From the NCBI GenBank assembly GCA_001776785.1, contig MFDF01000016.1:1-53607 (forward strand): DNA of 53,607 nt, given 5' to 3'. This stretch comes from Candidatus Daviesbacteria bacterium RIFCSPHIGHO2_12_FULL_37_16 (GTDB lineage Bacteria > Patescibacteriota > Microgenomatia > Daviesbacterales > UBA10151). A program made the translations under genes and the position numbers. Shown here in pieces: positions 46,182-53,607 of the stretch (positions are counted from its first letter, which is position 1; every line of letters begins with the position of its first letter). The notes beneath the pieces were generated by a model. The model searched no databases. It was given only the letters and a program-made list of their open reading frames with translations, and was not told the DNA's origin.

Positions 46182-47247
46182 TCCACAATTTCAGACCATA
46201 ATTTTTGGAATAATTTTTTGCACAGCATTGTTTTTTTCTATAAGGAAAGCAGAGCGGGAGAGGTTTTTTTCTGTTTCCAGGACAGAAGAGCTTAAAGGTT
46301 TTGCAATTTTAGCTATAATACTGTCCCATATTGGTTATTTTTTAAGCTCTGACCAAAGATTTTTATGGCCTTTTTCCATTTTAGCAGGAGTTGGTGTAAA
46401 CCTATTTTTGTTTTTATCAGGTTTTGGCTTAACTTTATCTTCTTTAAAAAAACCTTTAAACATTTTTAAGTTTTATTTAAAAAGGTTAAGAAAGTTATTT
46501 GTGCCCTTTTGGATTGTGATATCAGCCTTTTTTATGGCTGATTATTTTATTTTAAACAGAAGTTATTCATTAGAAATTATTATCCAAAGTTTCCTGGGTT
46601 TTTTCCCTGTTGCTGATCTATTTTTGAGCCTGGATTCACCCCTTTGGTATTTTTCAATGATACTTTTCTACTATCTGCTGTTTCCTTTGCTTTTCTGGAA
46701 GAGGTTTCCATATCTTTGTCCGCTCCTTTTGGTCATTGTCAGCAATTATTTTTTGAAAAATCCACCTCTTGAGATAAATAATGATGTTTTAAATTTATAT
46801 AAACTGCACTATTTATCGTTTCCCTTAGGTGTATTTTTTGCGCTTTTAATTTCTGAGGGTAGCTTAGAAGCCTTTAAGATTGGGTTTAAAAAGGTGTTTT
46901 TTGAAAGGAATTTAAAGGATCTTTTAATTTTACTTTTTATAATTTTATTTGCTTATACATCAATAAATTCAGGGGTGGGATTATCTAAAGATATTGAACA
47001 AACAAGAAGCTTAATAACAATGTTTTCTATAATTTTTATATTTATTGCAAAATCATTTGAGTTTAAGCTTTTTAATATATTTGGGCTTTTGTCCTATGAA
47101 ATTTACCTGATCCATTGGCCAATCCTTGCAAGATATGACTTATTTTATAAATATTTCCCAGCTTCAGTTGCAACTATTTTATATTTAGGGATGTTTTTAG
47201 CCTTGGGAATGCTTTTCAACAAGTTAACTGCGAAATTAAAAGTTTAA
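46162..47247 (+). CDS. Acyltransferase family 3 membrane protein
   Basis: LKGFAILAIILSH, GVNLFLFLSGFGL, FYLKRLRK, LWYF, SYEIYLIHW. Confidence 0.9.
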   Translation: MQISPDNPQFQTIIFGIIFCTALFFSIRKAERERFFSVSRTEELKGFAILAIILSHIGYFLSSDQRFLWPFSILAGVGVNLFLFLSGFGLTLSSLKKPLNIFKFYLKRLRKLFVPFWIVISAFFMADYFILNRSYSLEIIIQSFLGFFPVADLFLSLDSPLWYFSMILFYYLLFPLLFWKRFPYLCPLLLVIVSNYFLKNPPLEINNDVLNLYKLHYLSFPLGVFFALLISEGSLEAFKIGFKKVFFERNLKDLLILLFIILFAYTSINSGVGLSKDIEQTRSLITMFSIIFIFIAKSFEFKLFNIFGLLSYEIYLIHWPILARYDLFYKYFPASVATILYLGMFLALGMLFNKLTAKLKV

Positions 47248-47317
47248 TCAACAGTTTGTGGTGAATAAGCTCTATTGTATTTAAAATTAGATATTTCTGC
47301 TAAAATGCTTAAACTTT

Positions 47318-48478
47318 ATGATCAAATCAGTTTTACTTGTTCTAAAACCATTTAATTTAGCGGGCTCAGAGAGAAGTGCCATGAATTTGGTAAAACCTCT
47401 TTCAGAAATGGGAATACATGTTTACTTAGTAGCAGAGCGTGGTTCTTTTGCACCCTTTATTCCCAAGAATATAAAGGCTTTCTTAGTTCCTGTAGAAAAA
47501 AATAAAAGCAATAATGTTTTGTTTGAAAAAAAAGTTTTGGAGGTGGTAGAAAAATACAACCCTGATTTAATCCATGCACATGGAAGGAATGCCCTTTCCT
47601 GTTGTCAGCTCGCCAGAGACAAAACAGGTATTCCTGTAATCAGCCATGAGCATATGGGATATAAAAAAGAAGAGTATGACTTTGTTGCTTTACAACTTGG
47701 AAATTATGCAGACAGGACTATTACTGTGGGACCCAAATCTACCAGGAAATTAATTGAGCACGGTTTAGGTATAAACAAAGTCATTTCAATTCTAAATGCG
47801 GTTGATGTTAAAGATTTTCCAATAGTTAAAAAGAGTGACAGGAATTATTCCAGAAAATTTTTGAAACTTAAAAGATCACATAAAGTTATTTTATGTTTAT
47901 CAAGAATTGTTGAAGGAAAACATATAGATAAACTTATAAAAGCTTTTAAACTTGTGTTAGCTGAAGTTGATGATGCAAGGTTAGTTATTGCAGGAGATGA
48001 TGATTGGGATAATACTAAGCCTAAAATTGAGGAGATGCTAAAACAGGAGGGACTTTGTGAAAAAGTACTTCTGTTTCCTGCCCAGTATGATATTTATAAA
48101 TTTCATTGCGCAGCTGATGTTTTTTGTTATCCTCCCATAAGTAAAGGTATGTCTGTTATGGAGGCTATGGCTTCCGGGATACCGGTTGTAGCTACAGAAT
48201 CTAAAGTAAAACCATTTTTAGTGGAGCATAATATCAGCGGATTGCTTGTTTCAAGCCCTGATCCTTTTAAATTAGCTGAAAATTTAATCTTTTTATTAAA
48301 TAATCAGGAAATTGCCAGGAAAATGGGTCTTGCAGCAAGAGAAAAAATTCACAAGCAATTTAATATTGATAGAAGAATTCCTAAACTTTTAGAAGTTTAT
48401 GAACAAGTTACAGCAGATAAACAATCAAAATATTCTAAAATTATTCCATATTTAGCTGCTAGTAACCTTCCTGTATAA
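47318..48478 (+). CDS. GT4 glycosyltransferase
   Basis: AGSER, DLIHAH, SRIVEGK, MEAMASGIPVVAT. Confidence 0.92.
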   Translation: MIKSVLLVLKPFNLAGSERSAMNLVKPLSEMGIHVYLVAERGSFAPFIPKNIKAFLVPVEKNKSNNVLFEKKVLEVVEKYNPDLIHAHGRNALSCCQLARDKTGIPVISHEHMGYKKEEYDFVALQLGNYADRTITVGPKSTRKLIEHGLGINKVISILNAVDVKDFPIVKKSDRNYSRKFLKLKRSHKVILCLSRIVEGKHIDKLIKAFKLVLAEVDDARLVIAGDDDWDNTKPKIEEMLKQEGLCEKVLLFPAQYDIYKFHCAADVFCYPPISKGMSVMEAMASGIPVVATESKVKPFLVEHNISGLLVSSPDPFKLAENLIFLLNNQEIARKMGLAAREKIHKQFNIDRRIPKLLEVYEQVTADKQSKYSKIIPYLAASNLPV

Positions 48479-48503
48479 CTTAGTTTCTTTTAATTACTAT
48501 TAA

Positions 48504-48522
48504 TTCAACATCGGAGGTTGAA
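48504..48522. repeat. REP-like palindrome downstream of the Y1 transposase
   Basis: TTCAACATCGGAGGTTGAA, one mismatch from a perfect ACCTCGGAGGT core; degenerate ttcaacctaagg follows. Confidence 0.65.
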
Positions 48523-48550
48523 TAAGTTTCAACCTAAGGATTTTAGGTAT

Positions 48551-49222
48551 TTATTCTAATACCAAGTGTTTCAGCCTGGATAATTCCTTTTGATAATCAG
48601 CCTGGTTAAAAACAAACTCTTTATATTTATCCTTGTTTTTAAAAAACCCCATTACAATCTCTGTATGTGTAAAGTGCGCGGAGTTGTCAGACAGGTAATC
48701 TTTAAAGGATGACCAAGGATATTTTTCCAAGTTTTCTATTTTAACTAAAAAACTAGTTGATGGATTTAGGTGAATATACCTTGAGAGGTGGACTAATTGC
48801 TCATCAGACTCTACCCTGACTGATTTAAACATTGATTGGAATAAGGGACCTACTCTGTCCTCTTTTAGGTTAAAGTATTTTACATATCCATTTTGTAAAT
48901 TCCTCATGAAAGTTGTGATTCCAAATTCACTAACCTGTTTTAGTATAAAATGAAAATGGTTAGGCATTAGGCAAAAAGCTAAAATTTTAACATGCAACTT
49001 TTTTTCTTTTTGCATGGAAGCCATAATCTCTTCTTTCATTTCTTCTGGGAGTTTGTTAAAGTGCGAGTAGCTGGTAGGAGTTTCCTCAAATCTGTAATAA
49101 TCAACTAAACTTAGGAATCTTTGATAATCTTTTGTTCGGGAGAAGATAGGTAATCTGGCTACTCCCCTGTTAAAAATGTGGTATATTTCATCAGGAGCTA
49201 GGACAAGATTTCTTGATGGCAT
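48551..49222 (-). CDS. REP-associated tyrosine (Y1/HUH, IS200-like) transposase
   Basis: YHIFNRG, FCLMPNHFH (HUH), GPLFQ, RYIHLNP, YPWSS. Confidence 0.92.
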   Translation of the reverse strand: MPSRNLVLAPDEIYHIFNRGVARLPIFSRTKDYQRFLSLVDYYRFEETPTSYSHFNKLPEEMKEEIMASMQKEKKLHVKILAFCLMPNHFHFILKQVSEFGITTFMRNLQNGYVKYFNLKEDRVGPLFQSMFKSVRVESDEQLVHLSRYIHLNPSTSFLVKIENLEKYPWSSFKDYLSDNSAHFTHTEIVMGFFKNKDKYKEFVFNQADYQKELSRLKHLVLE

Positions 49223-49267
49223 TATTCTTAGTATACTACAGTATATTCCTTATGTTTGAAGCAATTT

Positions 49268-49280
49268 AACACCTGGTGTT
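49268..49280. repeat. REP-like palindrome upstream of the Y1 transposase
   Basis: AACACC-T-GGTGTT. Confidence 0.6.
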
Positions 49281-49308
49281 GATTTATAGAGGACGGATTT
49301 TCGCTGAG

Positions 49309-49379
49309 CTGCGGGACTAGGGCTCGAACCTAGATAAACAGATCCAAAGTCTGTTGTCCTACCATTAGACGATCCCGCA
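49309..49379 (-). tRNA. tRNA-Gln(TTG)
   Basis: TGCGGGA TCGTCTAATGGTAGGAC A ACAGA-CTTTGGA-TCTGT ... CTAGG TTCGAGC CCTAG TCCCGCA G. Confidence 0.96.
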
Positions 49380-49463
49380 AAGTTGATAAATTTTAACAAA
49401 CTTAGGCTTAAATTGAAAGCATAACCTATAGAAATATTTAAATTTCTGTGTATAATACGCACT

Positions 49464-50090
49464 ATGGCAAATGAAGTAGAGGGCGCATATGTTTTTGATT
49501 TTGATGATACCCTAATCAAAAGACAAAAACTTGCGAGATTTTTTGGACTTTTAGGCGGTATCAAAAGAAGAACTCAGATTATCCAAGGACTTACTCTTGA
49601 AGAAGTTGCTCAGCTTAATATAAGCCATGTAAGAGTAAATGAACATATAAATGGGTTACTAGAAGAAACAAATTTTGAATTTCATGCTAGAAGAAGTGTT
49701 TTCCCTTGGGTTAAAAATTATCTGGAGAAATTAGCAGAATCTGGAGTTCATATTTATGGTGCGACTGGAAGATCAAATAAAGCTGAATGGGTTGATATGA
49801 CTGAAAAGACTTTAGAAGTAGGCGAGGTGCAACACCTTTTTATGGATATCTTTTATACTCCACATGGTGAAAGTACTTCGACATCAAAAATTCATGTACT
49901 TAGAGAATTAGGAACTAAATATAAGAAAGTTAAGTTTTTTGATGATGATCCAAGAACAGTTTTACGTGTTGCTAAAAGCCTTTCAGGAGTTGAGGTTGAA
50001 TATATGTTTCACACACTTACTTCACTTTTGGTGCCTGCGGAATCACTGGCTAATCAGCCAAATGTAAAATACTTTAATTCTGGTAGATAA
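49464..50090 (+). CDS. HAD-superfamily phosphatase
   Basis: FDFDDTL (I), ATGRS (II), K (III), FFDDD (IV). Confidence 0.78.
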   Translation: MANEVEGAYVFDFDDTLIKRQKLARFFGLLGGIKRRTQIIQGLTLEEVAQLNISHVRVNEHINGLLEETNFEFHARRSVFPWVKNYLEKLAESGVHIYGATGRSNKAEWVDMTEKTLEVGEVQHLFMDIFYTPHGESTSTSKIHVLRELGTKYKKVKFFDDDPRTVLRVAKSLSGVEVEYMFHTLTSLLVPAESLANQPNVKYFNSGR

Positions 50091-50095
50091 AATTT

Positions 50096-50665
50096 ATGAT
50101 TGAAAATCCACAGTATACAGGAGTTTTTGTAGGAATACCTTTACCTGATGTATTTATTGGGGATCTTGTTTGTGTACAAGATCAAATTGTACATGTGATA
50201 CCTGGACTTCGGATTGTAAAACCTAAATATGCTCATCTTACTGTATTTAGAATTGGATCATTAAGTAATAGTGAGCTAATAGCGCTTGAAGATTCTTTGA
50301 GGGCTTTTCTCACAAAGAATAGCTTTCCAGATATTACAGTTAAGGGTCTTAAGGGATCAAATCAAAGTAGATTTCTATCTTTAGAGGCTTTTCCTGATGA
50401 CTTTTTAAGAGGTCTTAGGCTGAAAATTGTTGAAGATTATTCAGGGAAAAAAGTATCTTTTCCAAAGAAAAGTTATCCTCATTTAACGCTTAGTACCTGG
50501 ATAAGAAAAGATACATTCAACCTGATTTTAGATAAATTTGAAATAATTGAAGATATTACAAGCTCAGTTGATTGGACTTTTCCAATTCAGGAGATGGCTA
50601 TTTATGGTAAACCATTAGCTAACCCAAGAGTAACTACTATAATTGCCAGAGTTTCAGCTCCATAA
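50096..50665 (+). CDS. 2H phosphoesterase (LigT/ThpR-like)
   Basis: VFVGIPLP, two HLT motifs (AHLTV, PHLTL). Confidence 0.82.
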   Translation: MIENPQYTGVFVGIPLPDVFIGDLVCVQDQIVHVIPGLRIVKPKYAHLTVFRIGSLSNSELIALEDSLRAFLTKNSFPDITVKGLKGSNQSRFLSLEAFPDDFLRGLRLKIVEDYSGKKVSFPKKSYPHLTLSTWIRKDTFNLILDKFEIIEDITSSVDWTFPIQEMAIYGKPLANPRVTTIIARVSAP

Positions 50666-50793
50666 ATTCTATTTAGCTTCACAAACACTTAAGTTCTAAA
50701 AACTTTTGAAATAGCCTATAATATTTGACTATTGTTGACAAAAGTATTAGAATATACATAAATCTTACAAAACTCTAACAAAGTTTTTACAAA

Positions 50794-51378
50794 ATGATAG
50801 AAGCAGGTAGAGAGATCCTAGAACCCTTAATCAGAGAATTTGATAAACCCCTATTGTTTGTGGATATCCCTTCGTATTTGATACCGGCAAGAAAGCCCAA
50901 TGAAGCAATTCACTCCTACATTTGGAATTTTGATAATGCAGTTGAGTTCCTTAGAGACGAAGTTGAAAAGAACGATAAGATACTGGCCAGCGCTTTTGAC
51001 TTTCAACTTAATAGATTCCAGCGTAGAGATTATGTAATTGGAAGTAATTATCTTTTTCGAGGCAAAGTAAGGAGGAGTAATCCATCAGAAATTTCCAACC
51101 CAAGATATCAACACAGTACTTTAGCTGATACTTTAACAAATTTAGCCAGATTTGGAACTGATAAAACTCCTGATAGACCAAATTGGTACGCAATAGACCC
51201 AAGGGTGGCTCTTGTGTATGCTTTGCCAATAATGGAGGAACAAGTTGGAGTTTTTATGATTTCTAGGGGTGAAATGGAGTGTCCTACAGATGCTTTTGAA
51301 AACGATGGTTTGCTCCCTAAGGCCGGGAGAAGCTATAAAGAACTTCATCTTGGAACTATCTTAATTGATTTAGTGTAA
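50794..51378 (+). CDS. Hypothetical protein
   Basis: 194-aa ORF; no confident family. Confidence 0.65.
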   Translation: MIEAGREILEPLIREFDKPLLFVDIPSYLIPARKPNEAIHSYIWNFDNAVEFLRDEVEKNDKILASAFDFQLNRFQRRDYVIGSNYLFRGKVRRSNPSEISNPRYQHSTLADTLTNLARFGTDKTPDRPNWYAIDPRVALVYALPIMEEQVGVFMISRGEMECPTDAFENDGLLPKAGRSYKELHLGTILIDLV

Positions 51379-51479
51379 ATTCCCCAAAACTCATTTTACT
51401 TTGCATTTAAACCTATAGTGTAGTATAATATTAATCATATTTAGGCTTAGAGATTTATTCTCTAGGTTATAAATAAAGT

Positions 51480-52124
51480 ATGTTTGCAAGCGTTCTTTCT
51501 TCAGTACTAATTTTCTCACTTATTTCCCTAAACACCATAGGGGTACCAGTTTCTGAACCTAAAACTGTACTTTCTTCCAGGTCTATCTCTTTAGAGCAAA
51601 GACAGCCAGACAGGTATATTAATTCTGTATTTAAAGATAATATTTTACTTAACATGGCTTATTTGAGGGGAAGTGTGACTTCAAAAGAAAACCTTAGTTG
51701 GGATGAAGTCAGAAAACCTTTTGAGTATGAATTTGTTTTAGAGCCAGGCCAAACTTTTGCTTACCATGATGATGTATTAGGCAGTTACCAGGGAAGCTTG
51801 GTTAAAACAACCAGAGCCCATTTTAATGGTTCAGAAGGATTTAAGTCTGATGGATATTTAATGGGTGATGGTGTCTGCCATTTAGCCTCAGTTATTAATT
51901 ATGCAGCCAAAGATGCGGGTTTGGATTCATATGCCCCTTCTAACCATAATTTTGCAGCTATAAATGAGGTCCCTAAAGAATATGGAGTTGCAATTTATAA
52001 TATGCCTGGAAACAGGGCAGTTGGAGAAAGACAAAACCTTTATATAACTAATAATTTTGATTCAAAAGTTACATTCAGGTTTGATTTTGATGGAGATAAC
52101 TTAAAAGTTGAGGTTTACAGGTAA
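51480..52124 (+). CDS. VanW family protein
   Basis: LEPGQTFAY, GDGVCHLASVIN.AA, NLYITNN. Confidence 0.8.
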   Translation: MFASVLSSVLIFSLISLNTIGVPVSEPKTVLSSRSISLEQRQPDRYINSVFKDNILLNMAYLRGSVTSKENLSWDEVRKPFEYEFVLEPGQTFAYHDDVLGSYQGSLVKTTRAHFNGSEGFKSDGYLMGDGVCHLASVINYAAKDAGLDSYAPSNHNFAAINEVPKEYGVAIYNMPGNRAVGERQNLYITNNFDSKVTFRFDFDGDNLKVEVYR

Positions 52125-52152
52125 AGGTAATATACTCGAGGAGAAATAGCGG

Positions 52153-53397
52153 ATGAATAAACAAAGTGTTGAAAAGGTAATTGTGTTGGCAGCTGGAGAA
52201 AGTTCCAGATTCTGGCCCCTGGCTACAAAGGTGCATAAATCTTTTTATAAAATGGGTTTGGGAGCAAGTCTTATTGAGGTGACAATCTTTAACCTTTTAA
52301 AAAATATCAAACAAATTAAAGAGATCTACATTGTGGTTTCTCCAAAGGATAAGGATAGGGCGGTTTCATTATTTTTAGGGAATCCGAAAATAAAAATAGT
52401 TACCCAAAACCTGCCTAAAGGACAGGGTGACGCCATACTTTCTGCAAAAGAGTTTATATCTAAAGATGAAAAAGTCTTTATAACCTCTGCTGACAAGATT
52501 AACGCTTATAAGTTATTTCAGTCTCTACAAACCAGGGAAAATGAGTCTATAGCTGTCAGAACATCAGACTCTGCAAATTTATATGGAATGGTCAGGCTTA
52601 ATATAAACAGAAGGGTTGTGGATGTATCTGAGAAACCTTCTAAAAAAGGTGAGTACAAATTAAGGATTACCAGCGGGTATATTTTAGACTCAAGATTTTT
52701 TAATTATTTAGATAAGGTTAAAAAGGAGCATTACAGTTTAGAGATAGCCCTTAAAAAGTATATTAAAGATGTTGATGTCGCAGGGGTTTTGGTTGATGAT
52801 ATAGAAGAAGTAACTTTAAAATTTGCCTGGCATTTATTAAATATAAATGCACTTTTGTTATCTGAGCTTAAAGGTACCCACATAGCTCCAAGCGCAAGCA
52901 TTTCCCCCACAGCTAAAATTGAAGGTCCAGTAGTTATTGGGGCAGAGGCTAAGGTTTTAGATTTTGCCAAAATTTCAGGTCCTGTTTATATAGGTAAAAA
53001 TGCTGTGGTGGGAGATTATAGTTCTATCAGAGAAAATAGCTTCATTGATGATGAAGTTTTGGTGGGGAGCCACTCTGAGATTAAAAATTCAATTATTTAT
53101 AAAGGTGGACACCTTCATAGAAATTATGTTGGAGATTCCATCATTGATGAGGGTACAAGAATTGGAGCTGGGACTGTATTTGCTAACAGAAGAATTGACA
53201 GGGGAGAAATCCAGAGCAAGATTAAAAAAATTAAGATTTCTACCGGGCTTACCTCATTTGGGGCAATATTAGGAAGAGATGTAAAGCTTGGGGTAAACTG
53301 CAGCTTAATGCCCGGGGTAAAAATTGGTGAGGGGTCTATGGTTTTACCTCAAACTTGTGTTTTTGATGATATTGAAGATAAAGGAGCGACAAAGTAA
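52153..53397 (+). CDS. GlmU-like sugar-phosphate nucleotidyltransferase / hexapeptide acetyltransferase
   Basis: LAAGESSRFWPL, EKP, left-handed beta-helix repeats, YVGDSII, GAGTVFAN. Confidence 0.88.
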   Translation: MNKQSVEKVIVLAAGESSRFWPLATKVHKSFYKMGLGASLIEVTIFNLLKNIKQIKEIYIVVSPKDKDRAVSLFLGNPKIKIVTQNLPKGQGDAILSAKEFISKDEKVFITSADKINAYKLFQSLQTRENESIAVRTSDSANLYGMVRLNINRRVVDVSEKPSKKGEYKLRITSGYILDSRFFNYLDKVKKEHYSLEIALKKYIKDVDVAGVLVDDIEEVTLKFAWHLLNINALLLSELKGTHIAPSASISPTAKIEGPVVIGAEAKVLDFAKISGPVYIGKNAVVGDYSSIRENSFIDDEVLVGSHSEIKNSIIYKGGHLHRNYVGDSIIDEGTRIGAGTVFANRRIDRGEIQSKIKKIKISTGLTSFGAILGRDVKLGVNCSLMPGVKIGEGSMVLPQTCVFDDIEDKGATK

Positions 53398-53607
53398 TGG
53401 CTAAATATATTATTGAGGGTGGAAAAAAGTTAAAAGGAACAATAAAAATTGGAGGGAATAAAAATTCTGTTTTTCCTGCTTTTGCAGCCTGTTTACTGAC
53501 TGAAGATGAAGTAGTTTTAAGAAATATTCCTGAAATTGAGGATGTTAGGGTCAGTATTGGGATTTTAAAAAAATTAGGTGTTAAAGTCCAAAGATCTGAT
53601 GATATTG
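53397..53607 (+). CDS. murA: UDP-N-acetylglucosamine 1-carboxyvinyltransferase (5' part, runs off the window)
   Basis: MAKYIIEGGKKLKGTIKIGGNKNSVFP...LRNIPEIEDV; not in the ORF track because it is truncated. Confidence 0.9.
   Translation, partial: MAKYIIEGGKKLKGTIKIGGNKNSVFPAFAACLLTEDEVVLRNIPEIEDVRVSIGILKKLGVKVQRSDDI

Noticed and set aside
49250-49564. 104-aa ORF
   Set aside because: Spans tRNA-Gln and is antisense to the HAD gene
492-53272. Many 60-140 aa ORFs nested in or antisense to long genes (e.g. 1373-1693, 5556-6077, 10484-10897, 25019-25333, 43377-43805)
   Set aside because: Shadow frames of well-supported CDS with no motifs
1-53607. Alternative genetic code (UGA recoding)
   Set aside because: Genes are full length under code 11 and several end at TGA

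Overview
AT-rich, gene-dense bacterial window. Gene content and style suggest a Patescibacteria/CPR genome, probably Microgenomates; this is inference, not a database result. It holds about 52 CDS and 8 intact tRNAs (Lys-CTT, Arg-TCG, His-GTG, Arg-TCT, Gly-TCC, Leu-TAA, Pro-TGG, Gln-TTG). Recognisable genes include a prkA/yeaG-yeaH-spoVR operon, an ABC-2 exporter, NAD kinase, trhO, a small-ORF plus dinB cassette, ppsA, rmuC, corA, nth, a Fic gene, obgE, VanW, a GlmU-like gene and the start of murA. The most unusual features are non-coding. (1) Three tRNA loci (Lys, His, Arg-TCT) have partial duplicate copies, each interrupted by a small hairpin insert; at tRNA-His a GIY-YIG nuclease sits between the fragment and the intact gene. 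(2) Several short palindromic repeat families are present. One flanks a REP-associated-type Y1 transposase and also occurs in frame inside dinB, which carries a second 108-bp in-frame hairpin insert. (3) A ~6.5-kb island at tRNA-Gly encodes RmuC and a helicase-nuclease-tandem-PC4 fusion, a candidate defence locus. (4) Triplet 11-12-bp repeats are shared by the nth and fic promoters. (5) -10 boxes lie 6-7 nt before many start codons, suggesting leaderless mRNAs. No CRISPR array or rRNA was seen. All protein calls come from motif recognition by eye.
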